A stretch of 64,000 bases of DNA from Octopus sinensis (lineage: Eukaryota), in assembly GCF_006345805.1 (NCBI RefSeq), contig NC_042997.1:133982001-134046000 (forward strand), given 5' to 3'. This document shows positions 10,400 through 23,744 of this stretch, one piece after another; the first letter of the stretch is position 1, and each line of letters opens with the position of its first letter. The position numbers were made by a program, and so were the translations under genes. Under the pieces are notes generated by a model. The model saw only the letters and a list, made by a program, of their open reading frames with translations, was not told the origin of the DNA and made no database searches.

Positions 10400-11350
10400 A
10401 GATGGCAGCACATGCTTGCATGTGCAGTGAGAGCTAGCAGTAACCTTCATGAGGTGGTGTGCCTAGTGACATCACTGCGTTTACTTTGCAAGTTGTGGAA
10501 TTTGTGTTTTTGCAATCATGTGTAAGCTGTAGGCTGCGATTTTGTCATGGACATCACTTTGAAACCTGTCGAGATTTCTGTCTGTGTATCACTAATGATC
10601 CAGCCTTCATGTTGAAGATCATCACCGGTGATAAGAGTTGGGTTTACAGGTATGAGCCTGAGATGAAGCAGCAGCCATCACAATGGAAGAGGCCTTCATC
10701 TCCACAACCGGAAAAAGCACGACAGAGTCACAGCTCAATCAAGAGTAATGCCCATCGCTTTCTTTTTCAACATCCACAGTATTGCGCATTGAGAATTCCT
10801 CCCTCAGTTCCAGACTGTCAATCAAGAATTCTACTGCAACATTTTGAAGCATTCCAGGGAAAGCATATTTTCTTTACATTGGGTTTTTTGAGTGCATTCA
10901 ATGTATCTCACCTCCAAAGATTTGGCTGCTATTTCTAGCACGCCCTGCTACCATGTATCAACTATTTGTGATAAAGGACTTGAAATACCTATTATGTGGT
11001 AATCCTGTCTTTTCACCACAAAGAGCGCAAAGAATTGGATTCTTCATGATGACAATCTACTGTATCACCAAGCTCCCCTTACTTGTGAGTTTCTCACCAA
11101 AAACAACATGGTGTCACTTCCACACCCACCCTGTTCCCAAGTTTTAGCACCTGTGGACTTCCATCTCTTCCCCAAGATGGAAAAGCAACTCAAAAGGTCA
11201 CAATTTTAACACTTGTCAAGATCTAGAGTGGATTGCAAAAGGTCCTCCCCTTGTTTACAGAAAACAATTTTCAGACTGGATTCCAAAAGTGGCAGTTATG
11301 CTGGAGCTGGGACGATTTTGAAGAAAATGGATGTTAAAACTTTGGTAAAT
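10400..11350 (+). pseudogene. Decayed mariner (DD34D) transposase
   Basis: IITGDKSWVYRYEPEMKQQPSQWKRPSSPQPEKARQ and HDDN...HPPCSQVLAPVDFHLFPKMEKQLK match mariner TGDE.W and HPPYSPDLAP.DF motifs; interrupted at ~10880-11000. Confidence 0.88.
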
Positions 11351-11689
11351 TAGTTATTTTTTATTAAACATAACTACTCTGAGAACCTCATAAACAAGCA
11401 ACACATTTGACAGGATAATCTGAATGCTAAACAGTTAATTTTAATCTGAATAAATATCAGTATTTACAAAGACACTTGCTAACCCCTTACACTATACTAA
11501 CACATGTACACTGTACTATCTTATGCTACACTATGCCACAGTATGATATACCACATTGCATACATAAAACAAGCTATTTTTACTGCACATAAAAACACTA
11601 GAGATCAGACAGCTGTATTTGTAATTGAATAATGGTACAGTTTACATAAAAATGACAAAACTTTTTCACCTTAACAAAATGGATCTCCC

Positions 11690-11692
11690 TCC

Positions 11693-11774
<82 letters not shown>

Positions 11775-11856
11775 TATGTATGTATACATCTACCTACATG
11801 CATATGTTTCCTTATATGTGTGAATATATACATATGTATGTATATATGTATATACA

Positions 11857-11933
<77 letters not shown>

Positions 11934-12149
11934 GTCTATATATATTTATATGTATGTATGTGTGTACGCATGTATGTATATATGTATGTATGTACATATA
12001 TATATATATATATTCTTATGTGGATGTGTGTGTGTGTAAATATGTATATACATAAGAATGCATATAGATCTATAAATGCGTGTATGTGTGTGTGAGTATG
12101 TGCATATGGGTATACATGTGTATGTGTATGTGTTATATATATGTTTGTT

Positions 12150-12217
<68 letters not shown>

Positions 12218-12527
12218 TGTATGTATGTATGTATGTATGTATGTATGTATGTATGTATGTATGTGTGTGTGTATGTATGTATGTATGTGTGTGTGTATGC
12301 ACACACATACATACACAAAGTGATTCCATGGACAAGTAAACAAATCATGAAGGGAAAAGAAAAAAAAAATGCTAATTTATAGATTTCTTCATTTCTGTTA
12401 TACATAAATAAAACTTACAGATTCTCATTAGAAAAAAAAACAAGCAAAAGGAAAATGATTTTGTCATGATTTCCATTAAAAAAACTGATTATGTTTATAT
12501 ATATTATATAATATATATAATATATAT

Positions 12528-12577
<50 letters not shown>

Positions 12578-12800
12578 TATACACATATATATACTTATAT
12601 ACGTATATATGTATATATATATATATATATATACACACATGTATATATATATATATATATAAACATACATACATACATACATATATATTATATATATATA
12701 TATATATATAATATATATAATATATAATATATACATATATATATATGCATATATATATGCATATATATATATAATACATATATATATTTATATATATAAG
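11690..12800. repeat. Compound microsatellite field (CT, TA, TATC, TG, TATG)
   Basis: Directly visible; one of many such fields (e.g. 6530-6760, 14370-14530, 32780-33060, 55270-55470). Confidence 0.95.
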
Positions 12801-12931
12801 ATAAAGAAATAAATATGCCAAAAATGTTGAAGAGAAGACAATAGTTTCAGAGTGGAATATTTATAAAAAATATTTACTATATTATTATTATTATCATCAT
12901 CATTATTATTATTATTATAATTATTATTATT

Positions 12932-12964
<33 letters not shown>

Positions 12965-13056
12965 ATTATTATTGTTATTATTATTCATGATAATAATAAT
13001 AGTAATAATAATAATAATAATAATAGAAGTAATAATATTGATGATGATGATAATAA

Positions 13057-13100
<44 letters not shown>

Positions 13101-13361
13101 ATAGTAGTAATAGCAATGCTGGTTTCATTTGTTTGCCCGTGGTGCATCAAGTGAACGAGACAATAAAAAGACAGGATTACAAAGTGTCATGGTTTATGTA
13201 TAATCAGGTGAAAAGGAAAGAAGTAGGTGGAGGCTGGAAATGAAATGAAAACATACATAGTATATTGTATACACACACACACACATACATACATACACAC
13301 ATATATATCTATATATATATATATATATATATGTATATCTCTCTTTCTCTTTCTCTCTCTG

Positions 13362-13400
<39 letters not shown>

Positions 13401-13409
13401 TTATATAAC

Positions 13410-13755
13410 TGACTGGCTCTTGTGACTCCATCACTGGCCACCATCCAAACATGGCCGATGCCAGTACCCGCTGATTGGCCCTTGTGCCGGTGGCATGTAA
13501 AAAGCACTATCTGAACATGATCGATGCCAGGGCTGCCTGACTGGCCCCTGTACTGGTGGCACGTAAATGCATCCACTACATTCTCGGAGTTGTTGGCATT
13601 AGGAAGGGCATCCAGCTGTAGAAACATTGCCAGATCAGATTGAAGCCTGGTGCAGCCACTGGCATTCCAGACCTCAGTCAAACCATTCAACTCAAGCCAG
13701 CATGGAAAACGGATGTTAAGCGATGATGATGATGATGATGATGTTGATGATGATG
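13410..13755 (+). mobile_element. Family C repeat
   Basis: TTGGCATTAGGAAGGGCATCCAGCTGTAGAAAC core and (GAT)n tail. Confidence 0.82.
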
Positions 13756-13851
13756 ATATATACATGCATATATATATATATATATATAATATATATATAT
13801 ATATATCTATATATATATATATTATATATATATATATATATTATATATATA

Positions 13852-14033
13852 CCAATTAAGGACTGAACACGAAAAGTGGACAGTCAACATGCTAGATATA
13901 GACGTCAATCCCCATTCTCCACAAAAGATTATGTTCTCAAAGATTTGAGAATATAATCTTTGTGGAGAATGGCGATTTGACGTCTATATCTAGCATGTTG
14001 ACTGTCTACTTTTCATGTTCAGTCCTTAATTGG
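13852..14033. mobile_element. 182-bp foldback MITE in (TA)n
   Basis: CCAATTAAGGACTGAAC...TTCTCAAA, GA loop (13942-13943), TTTGAGAA...GTTCAGTCCTTAATTGG; ~90-bp arms with few mismatches, TA on both sides. Confidence 0.85.
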
Positions 14034-14232
14034 TATATATAAATATTTTAATCTTCGGATTCTTTTTTAATATGCTAGACCACTGGTTCTAATTGATAAA
14101 TATCAATTTTTACCCTTAATTAATTTTATATATATATATAATTTTATATATATAGATCGCCATGTTGATTCGTTAGTTACTGCACGCATTATTTTTCTCT
14201 CCTTCCTTCTGTGTTTTTTTTCTCTCTGTGTA

Positions 14233-14270
14233 TCTTTCTGTTGAAGAGCGTAGGCTCGAAACGTTAAAGA
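14233..14270 (+). ncRNA. Minimal type I hammerhead-like motif (variant core) in a Penelope-like remnant
   Basis: UCUUU-CUGUUGA-A-GAGC(GUAG)GCUC-GAA-ACGU-U-AAAGA: stems I and II close, palindromic ACGU stem III; core has U at position 6. Confidence 0.55.
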
Positions 14271-14367
14271 CTTGTTTTATTTATATTTCCTGAGCACCAT
14301 ACTAATACAATTGTTTGTTTGTTTCCCACCTGCCTTCGTCTTTTGTCTATTTTCATAAAGCTTCCCG

Positions 14368-14522
<155 letters not shown>

Positions 14523-14903
14523 ATATATATAAATTGAGATAGGGGTTGTGAGTGCAACCCACCATGGGATAACATATATCCAATATACTGCCAGTAAAGC
14601 ACCCAACAAAGTTAATACATAAATGTTAAGAATTGCGATGCAATTAATTCATTTATTGTATTATATGGGCGAAGGTAAAATGTTTTACCACAAATTAATA
14701 ATACAAAATAAGAAAATGGAGAAACACACCGTAATCAATAATCAACTACCAGATAATACCCAATCACATAATTTATTAACCCACTACATATGAACATCAA
14801 GGTCAAACATAATAGTACAGAACAAAACAATGCACATCAATGATACAATAAGTACAATATGTATAAGTAAATATGAATAAATAAAAATATAAATATAAAC
14901 TAC

Positions 14904-15030
14904 ATCTTACAGCTGTTTCAGCCATGTAGATATGGTTATCTCATTATGTTCATATTAGCAAGGTGTGATAAGTTAATATGTGGTTATAAATGCGACACTT
15001 ACAAAAATATCCCAAGGCCTCTTCAGAGAT
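14904..15030 (-). ncRNA. Type I hammerhead ribozyme motif with canonical core in a Penelope-like remnant
   Basis: Minus strand AUCU-CUGAAGA-GGCC-[~92-nt loop]-GGCU-GAA-AC(AGCU)GU-A-AGAU; GUA cleavage triplet, palindromic stem III loop. Confidence 0.68.
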
Positions 15031-16107
15031 TATAAAGTACAATCTAAATATGAATATCAGAGGAGGTACACCCATACAAGAGTGGGTACATACCCATAAT
15101 ATATAATATACACATACATATGAGTGCATATACCCATGCCCCTATATATATATATACACATATACATAATAATATATAATAATATATAATAATATACATA
15201 CATATATTCTATATTCAAGGTTACAGTTAGTCAAATCAATATATTCGAATATTACAATATACAAACATACACATATCCATATGCAAATGTACATATGCAA
15301 AGTCAATAGTTCATTATATTAAGTTACAAAATGCCATTAATATTACTATCATTATTATTACCGTTGCCACTATTGTTATTAATATTATTATTATTATTAA
15401 TATTGTTTTACTGGTATTATTATTATTATTAATAATAATAATAATAATACCAGTAAAACAATATGTGCATCACGCAGTTCACAGTACATATTATGTGGAA
15501 AAAATCAGGTAGAATACATCAACAGCATAATATAGTGAGATAGCAACATAATAATAATAACAACAATAATAATACAGTACAGTGCAAAACATTATAGATC
15601 AGCAAATACATATAAAATGAAAAATATTGATTTACATCATAGCAAAATCCAGAAGTGTACATGCATATAAACGCATACTAGTCAGAGTTTTTGACGGTGA
15701 TATATATTAAGTAGTAAGTTTAGAAATAGTTTAAGATTGAAAGCTCAATAGGATTGGCTGGCACATTTGAATTTCAATTGTCTTTGTTACGGTTAGTTTA
15801 TTAAGAAATACTTACATACATACACACGTATATGTGCACTTACACATATATACATGGATAAACCAAAATACAGAAAATACAAGCTTACATATACACATAC
15901 ATGCTTACATACATAACTACTCACGTATATATATATATATATTATAGAGGTCTTGATATAGGAAGGCCTAAAACTCTAGCAGATCCAGTCAAGAAAACCT
16001 ACAGATCCTAGATTAACATGGCCACCAAATGTGTTTACTCTCTTTCTCCTGCTGTTCTCTGAAATACTGGCACAATGGTAATCCGTACAGTTGTCATGAC
16101 CATGGTT

Positions 16108-16141
<34 letters not shown>

Positions 16142-16189
16142 ACAGTAACATCAATTCCTGTACATTATTCTCTTAAGTGACCAGGATCA

Positions 16190-16558
16190 CAAAAGGGTGA
16201 CTTGTTTACAGCTGAGTGGACAGGGTAAAGACCCCCGCCCCTTCGGTCATGAATGATGATGGAATTCCACCTCGAAAGGTACCCTCTGAGGCACAAGTCC
16301 AAGCAAGCTTGTTTATAGAAGACCAGCTGTCACCCATGCATGCCAGCTTCCTGTCTCCATGCCACTGCTGTTATCCAAAGGAAAGGCAAAGGCTGATATA
16401 GCTTGCCACCAGTGACGTCGCAACTCATTTCTACAGCTGAGTGAACTGGTGCAACATGAAATAACGTGTCTTGCTCAAGAACACAATATGCAACCTGGTC
16501 CAGGAATCGAACTTACTACCTCATGATTGTGTGCCTGATGCTCTAACCACTGAGCCAT
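16190..16558 (-). mobile_element. tRNA-derived CORE-type SINE family D, decayed
   Basis: Reverse complement of 43731-44052 (TGGCTCAGTGGTTAGAGC head; TCTTGAGCAAGACAC...CACTCAGCTGTAGAAATGAG). Confidence 0.8.
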
Positions 16559-16719
16559 AAGAGCTGCATGAAATGAAGTGTTTTTGTCAAGAACACAATG
16601 CATCCTCAGTTTGGGAATCGAAAGCTTGACTGTGTGATCGTGAGTGCAACACCCTAAATCACTTGAAGTTAAGTGGCCCTCATCATCATTGGTAGCATTA
16701 ATTTATATTTCAGTAGTTA

Positions 16720-17118
16720 ATCTGTTGTGAGCGATTGAGCCTCTTCATCCTGATGGATGGAGAAGGGTGCTGGTGCCTGAAGTGGCTGTTCAGGATAAGG
16801 GCAGTATAGAAGAGCCATGGGGCATTTAATGCAGGAGAGGGCAAGTGGTTGACGAGGAAGTGTGAGTTGCTCTTTGCCTTCTCAACATCTGATCTCTGCC
16901 TCTTTGAATCTGTTATTTACCATCTGGGCCATTCCCTTGATGATGACAAGACACAACTTTGGGTGGTCCTTAGTGATTGTCTCCCAGCTATTTGGGCCAA
17001 TGCTGCAGCAGAAGAGAGTGGTCTTGAGTTGGTCTCGCAAACAGAATTTGAGGGCTCTGCATGGTCTGGTGCCTGAAGCCAACACTGCAAAAGTAGGAGT
17101 TGACAGTGGGAGGCCCTA
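16720..17118 (-). pseudogene. Decayed RTE-BovB-like LINE C-terminal fragment
   Basis: Minus frame ...LRDQLKTTL..CSIGPNSWETITKDHPK...IIKG...NRFKEAE resembles the BovB C-terminal KDTLK..L...SWE..A.DR..WR..I.KG pattern. Confidence 0.6.
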
Positions 17119-17546
17119 AAGAATATCAAATCTAATTTGAGTTTAACATGATTCTCCTCAATTCAAGTTGACTTTTCATCACCAATCATCATCACCTGAA
17201 GAATGTGAAAGTTTCATGAAGAACCAAGAATACCAGAAAAATTTCCTTCCCCCCTCCTCTTCCTCCTCCTCCTTATGTCCTTGTGATGTTCTCCTCATCT
17301 ATACTCCTGTAGCTAATAAAAGAAATTCTTCTTCTTCTTCCCCTCCTCCTCCTCCTCCTCCTCCCTCTTCTTCTCATTCTCATTCTCCTCCTCCTCCTCC
17401 CTCTTCTTCTCATTCTCATTCTTCTTCTTCCCCTCCTCCTCATCCTCCTCTTCCCTCTTCTTCTCATTCTCATTCTTCTTCTTCCCCTCCTCCTCCTCCT
17501 CCTCCTCCTCCTCCTCCTTCTTCTTCTTTTTCTTCTTCTTTTTCTT

Positions 17547-17606
<60 letters not shown>

Positions 17607-17654
17607 TTTATTATTATTATTATTATCATCATCATCATCGTTATTATTGAATAA

Positions 17655-17872
17655 AGGTGGTGAACTGGCACAATTGTTAGCATGCTGGACGAACTGCTTT
17701 GCAGAATTTCGCCCGTTGCTGTTCTGAGTTCAAATTCCACCAAGACCAACTTTGCCTTTCATCCTTTAGGGGTCGATAAATTAAGTACCAGTTGTGTATT
17801 GGAGTCAATCTAATCGACCGCTCCCAGCCTCTCTCAAAATTTCAGGCCTCGTGCCTATAGTAGAATTGATTA
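17655..17872 (+). mobile_element. SINE family B' within (ATT)n
   Basis: AGGTGGTGAACTGGCA head, GAGTTCAAATTCC, AAATTTCAGGCCTCGTGCC tail then GATTATTATT. Confidence 0.8.
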
Positions 17873-18959
17873 TTATTATTATTACTAAATGTTCAGTCAG
17901 ATGTCAGAGACCATACATTTGTTTTGTTTTTTCTTTACCTTGAAAACACTGTATGACAAATATTTGTTTGTGCCACAATATTTTAATGATTTAACATTAT
18001 ACACAGCAGTATATCTCCAACTTTCTACTTTTTCCTCCCTCTTTTCACCCTCTCCATGTGTAACTTGTTTGCTTTAAAATACGTCCTTGGTGTTATTGGC
18101 AGGTGCAGCTTATTTTGAAATATAAGAAACTATGAATCTATTAATTTTCTTTTATTTGATTTCTTTCTTGTCTTGTTGTTATTGCATTATTTTGATGTTA
18201 TTGCTGTTAAATTTCCTGCTCCTCATCATATTCCTTTATTTATTTATTTTCATTCCCCACATCAATATTTATGTGTTAACAAGTATCTCTTATTTGTCTT
18301 CTTCAGCACAAGATGTTGATTGTCATTTATTGTAGGCATGTGCTTCTCAGAAGATGAAGTGTTCAAAGCAAAACAAAATTAATTAAAAAAAAAAAAAAAA
18401 TAATAAAATGGGTTGTTAAATATTATAAACATATCAGGGAAATGAATTTATTTTTTTTGCACATTGACTTGATTTAAACAAACATTGCTGCATAAATACA
18501 CAAAAGGCAAAATCCATTGTGATAAATATTGATCTATCAGTGTCGTCACCACCACCACCACCATCATACCACCACCACCGCTGCTGCCATCACCACCACC
18601 ATCACCAATATTATTATTATTATCATTATTATTATTATTGTTGTTGTTGTTGTTATTATTATTATTATTATTACTATTATTATCCTCCTCATCATCATCA
18701 TTATCATCATCATCATCATCATCATTTATTATGAATTAGTCATTGGATGAAGGTACAATACTGAAGACCCTTTTAGGGTATCTATATGTGGTAGGAAGAA
18801 AGTATCAGAAGTCATGAGTTGCTGCAGTAGGAAGCAGCACTCCAAGATACTGAATTATCATTAAACCCTTGACATGGTTTGAATGTTTCCAATGAAATTT
18901 CTCTTTCACACTTTACCTAAGCCATTAATTATAAGTATTAATTTTTTTCTAGGAGATTA

Positions 18960-19430
18960 GATTGTATTGACTCTGATAAAGCTCCATGTTCTAATTCGAA
19001 TGTCCTATGAAGAGGAAAAAATATCATTTTCACAATTCTTTATAGGCACTGATTGACATCGGAAGCGGAAACGGGTGTAAGAATTATTATGTCACTGGCA
19101 TCTGTGCTAGTGGAGCACTAAGAGCACCATCCGAGCGTGATCGCTGCCAGAGCGGCTAACTGGCGTCTGTGCTGGTGGCACGTAAAAACACCCACTACAC
19201 TCTCGGAGTGGTTGGCATTAGGAAGGGCATCCAGCTGTAGAAACTCTGCCAGATCGAGATTGGAGCCTGGTGCAGCCATCTGGTTTGCCATTCTTCTGTC
19301 AAATCGTCCAACCCATGATAGCATGGAAAGCGGACGTTAAACGATGATGATGAGGAGGAGGAAATATTATGCCATGTTTTGTATTAAATAATAAGCTTTA
19401 GATGTAGTCCAGTTGTCATCGTCATGAGAG
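18960..19430 (+). repeat. Unclassified interspersed repeat (second copy ~24400-24580) interrupted by a family C copy (~19092-19355)
   Basis: CCTATGAAGAGG...CACAATTCTTTATAGGCACTGATTG...GGAAGCGGAAACGGG.GTAAGAATTATTATGTCAC and TGTTTTGTATTAAATAATAAGCTTTAGATGTAGTCCAGTTGT are contiguous at 24.4-24.6 kb but split here. Confidence 0.75.
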
Positions 19431-19707
19431 AATTAAAAATTAAGCATTGGCATATATGTTCCTCTGTTGCATGTTGTAACTGGTCTTATGATTACTGAGA
19501 GTTAACTATGTCAGTTAAAAGTTACACGAGATTTATCTGTTTACTTATTGATAACTAATAACTAATTCTAATATCTGAAAAATGAAAAAAGCAAGCAGAA
19601 AACAGAAGAAAGCACACAAAAAAAGAGAAAAAGTGAATTAGGAAGGTCTAGATATCCCATGCATATTTTAATGTTGCATGATGGTTATTGTCATAGTTGT
19701 CTGGTTC

Positions 19708-19900
19708 TTCTCTTCCTTCTTCTTCTTCTTCTTCTTCTTCTTCTTCTTCTTCTTCTTCTTCTTCTTCTTCTTCTTCTTCTTCTTCTTCTTCTTCTTCTTC
19801 TTCTTCTTCTTCTTCTTCTTCTTCTTCTTCTTCTTCTTCTCCTTCTTCTCCTTCTTCTTCTTCTTCTTCTTCTTCTTCTTCTCTTCTTCTTCTTCTTATC
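19708..19900 (+). repeat. Long (CTT)n microsatellite
   Basis: Directly visible; source of the poly-E/S/F/L/R ORFs. Confidence 0.95.
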
Positions 19901-20456
19901 TTCTTCTTCATCCCTCCTCCTCCTCCCCTCCTTCTCACTACAACCACGACCATGGCCACCACCAGCACCACGACGATGACGACGACGACGACCACCACCA
20001 CTGCTGCTGCCACCAGCACCACCAGCACCAGCACCAGCACCAGCACCATCATCATCAACCAGTGGCCTTTTAGATTCTGCAACTACCGATATAATGTATG
20101 GCTTGATGCATTGTATTACATGTATGTGAATAATACTATGTGTATAGCTCTCCAAGATCTACTCTACTCTCATTCTATAGCGAGCAAGCACGCTCAGAAA
20201 AAAATATTTAAAAAATCAAAGCAGAAAACAAAAAGAAAATGCAAAAAACATTGTCTTTCAAATAACACCATTTTCTCAGATTTTTCTAGGTCTGAGAATA
20301 CATATAGCACAAATGGCACACATACACACAAGAGACATATACCATAAATATATTATAAGCAAGGACATTAGCCATGTCTTAATGGTGCATTTAATACCAA
20401 AAACATCGTTATCAGAATTGACTTCTTTCCATTTTTGTAAAGGTAGTAAACTACAC

Positions 20457-21680
20457 AGGCGCAGGAGTGGCCGTGTGGTAAGTAGTTTGTTTACCAACCA
20501 CATGGCTCTGGGTTCAGTCTCATTGCGTGGCACCTTGGGCAAGTGCCTTGGGTTGACCAAAGACTTCTGAGTGGATTTGGTAGATGGAAACTGAAAGAAG
20601 CCCGTCATATATATGTATATATATATGTGTGTGTGTGTGTGTGTATATGTTTGTGTGTCTGTGTTTGTCCCCCCAAGATCGCTTGACAACTGATGCTGGT
20701 GTGTTTATGTCCCCGTAACTTAACGGTTCAGCAAAAGAGACGATTAGAATAAGTACTAGGCTTACAAAGAATAAGTCCTGGGATTGATTTGCTCAGCTAA
20801 AGGCGGTGCGCCAGCATGGCCACAGTCAAATGATTGAAACAAGTAAAAGAGAACAAGAGTTACTAGATCAATAAAGTGGGTACAATAAAGGCACATGGCT
20901 TAGTGGTTACAGCATCAGGTTCACAATCTTGAGTTATTGCGTTCAATTCCTGGACTGGGCTATGTGTTGTATTCTTGAGCAAGAAAGTTTATTTGATGTT
21001 GTTCCAGGCAAGATTGTTTATGGAAGACCATCCGCTGCCCATGCGCATCAGCCTCTCCTCTCCATGCCACCAATGTCATCCAAAGGAAAGGCAAAAGCCA
21101 ATAAAGCTTGGCACTAGTGAGGTCACAATTCATATACTCTTTTACTCTTTTACTTGTTTCAGTCATTTGACTGTGACCATGCTGGAGCACCACCTTTAAT
21201 CGAGCAAATCGACCCCAGGGCTTATTCTTTTTGTAAGCCCAGTACTTATTCTATCAGTCTCTTTTGCTGAACCGCTAAGTAACGGGGACATAAACACACC
21301 AGCATCGGTTGTCAAGCAATGCTAGGGGGACAAACACACACACGCATATATATATACATACATATATATACGACGGGCTTCTTTCAGTTTCCGTCTACCA
21401 AATCCCCTCATAAGGCTTTGGTCGGCCCGAGGCTATAGTAGAAGACACTTGCCCAAGGTGCCACGCAGTGGGACTGAACCTGGAACTATGTGGCTGGTAA
21501 ACAAGCTACTTACCACACAGCCACTCCTGCGCCTGAAATATCTAAAGCTGAGTGAATTGGAACAACAAGAAATAAAGTGTCTTGCTCAAGAGCACACCAC
21601 ATAGCCTGGTCTGGGAATCAAACTCACTACCTAATGATTGCAAGCTCGATGCTCTAACCACTGAACCATGCACCTTCATA
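20457..21680. mobile_element. SINE cluster: A(+) ~20457-20860, D(+) ~20889-21125, A(-) ~21146-21535, D(-) ~21545-21680
   Basis: Each segment matches the family A or D sequence seen elsewhere in the window. Confidence 0.8.
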
Positions 21681-21751
21681 TATTGTAGGATTGAAAATGT
21701 AATCTGTTGGTAGAAATAATATGCCTGTACCCACTTATTCTCTACTCCATA

Positions 21752-22642
21752 CTCTTTCACTTGTTTCACTCATTTGACTGCGGCCATGCTGGAGCACCGC
21801 CTTTAGTCGAGCAAATCGACCCCAGGACTTATTCTTTGTAAGCCTAGTACTTATTCTATCGGCCTCTTTTGCTGAACTGCTAAGTTACGGCGACGTAAAC
21901 ACACCACCATCGGTTGTCAAGCGATGTTGAGGGACAAACAAAGACACACAAACATATACACACACATACATATATATATATACCGTAAATCCTCGAGTAT
22001 AGACCGCCCTTGAGTATAATACGCATGAGATTTTTAGGGGGCTGTACCTCTGAAAAACCTAAACCTTGTGTATAATACACATCCCTTCTCTAACATGAGT
22101 CAAGGTGGTCTATATATTGTCCTTGGTTTGTAAAAATGTATACTGTAACGTCCTTTATTATTGTTGTATATATAACATAATGCAAACAAGTAGCTTTTTT
22201 GTGCATTTTGTTTGCAGAAAATAAAGAAATAACAGTAATAACGTTTAATAAATATTGCTTACTGCATGTTATGAATGATTCTTTTAGGACTTTATTGCTT
22301 TCAGGCCTAGCTTAAGGTATTTTTGCGCCCGACATCACAAAATGCATCTGAATAAACATTGCCGGACAGCAAATAGAGACTCGGACATTGCTTAGAATAT
22401 ATTTTTCATTTTTTACCTCGCATATAGGATTTTGATCTTTATATTTTGGGAAAAAATTCAGATTATACTCGACGATTTACGGTACACATATATATGACTT
22501 GCTCCTTTCAGTTTCTGTCTACTAAATCCACTCCCAAAGCTTTGGTTGGCCCGAGGCTATAGTAGAAGACACTTGCCCAAGGTTCCAACCTGGAACCATG
22601 TGGTTGGTATGCAAGCTACTTACCACACAGCCACTCCTGCAC
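21752..22642 (-). mobile_element. SINE family A split by a MITE in its internal (TA)n
   Basis: 3' half at ~21752-21980 and 5' half at ~22485-22642 flank the MITE at 21983-22482. Confidence 0.8.
21983..22482. mobile_element. Tc1/mariner-type MITE (500 bp)
   Basis: TIRs CCGTAAATCCTCGAGTATA / TATACTCGACGATTTACGG (1 mismatch in 19), TA flanks on both sides. Confidence 0.85.
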
Positions 22643-22843
22643 CTATGGGTCAATATAATTTTTAAATTATTAAATTTAATGATTTGAGCTATCTAGCTTT
22701 AAGGATAATATAAAGCTTATTAAATATATTTAGTAAACTGCTTGAACATGAGAATAACACATGATTTGGTCTTAAATCTTAACCGCTCAAATGATAGTGG
22801 TTTTGTTTTTGCCTTGTCGTGTACCTTTTATAGTGGAATTTTC

Positions 22844-23303
22844 GGATCTTTTCGGTTTGAACGGCAGTTTTTTAAAATAATTTCCACATAACTAAACACT
22901 TTCAAATGTTGTATACTGGTAGAATGTGTTTATAAAACATCTTTTTCTCTTAGCTTTATTGAGAAAATTCTATGGTTTGTAAGATATTTGTTGTTTTTTT
23001 TCTTCAATTTCTGCAATTTCAACCAATCAATGACGTCTATTGAGGTAAAAAAAAAACATTCTGTGCCGTATGAATATGTCCCTCGTTTAAGAAACAGATT
23101 GGGTTTATTTACATTTCTGAAGAAAAAAAGATACCCTTCCCCCCACCCCTAACCCTAAACCTAACCCTAACCCTAACTAACCCTAACTAACCCTAACCCT
23201 AAAACAGATTGAAATGCAATAGATCGATACTAGGGTCATAATTATGGGTGACAATTTCATATGACACCGCTAGAAAAAACTGCCGTTCAAACCGAAAAGA
23301 TCC
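22844..23303. mobile_element. 460-bp MITE with 30-bp perfect TIRs, 8-bp TSD and internal (CCCTAA)n
   Basis: TIR GGATCTTTTCGGTTTGAACGGCAGTTTTTT at both ends; GAATTTTC duplicated at 22836-22843 and 23304-23311. Confidence 0.9.
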
Positions 23304-23744
23304 GAATTTTCTTAGGTATGTGTACACATTTAATTCTGTCTATTATTACCACCACTCGAATTCTATTTGCTATTTAGGATGTAATAATCCAACATTATTT
23401 TAGCAGTTTTTTTATATATTCTTAGGTAATATCTGTACAAGTTGTCTCCCTTTAACTATAAATTTTCATTTGACCATATTTATTTATCGATTTTTCTTAA
23501 ACTGCAGTAGGATACAGGCGGCAGTGTACCACTTATATCACAGTCTTCTTCCCCCACCCTTTACTTATTTTCTTTTGTTTTTTTATTTACATATCCATTA
23601 AGACGGTTTTAACTTTTGCCTTCGGTTCAAATGTAATTGACCAATAGTAGAGATCGCTGGACTTAGACCTATCCCATTGTGGACACCAGATGGTATTCTC
23701 TGTAATATTTCTGTAAGTACACTATTATAGGAACCTTACGCTAA

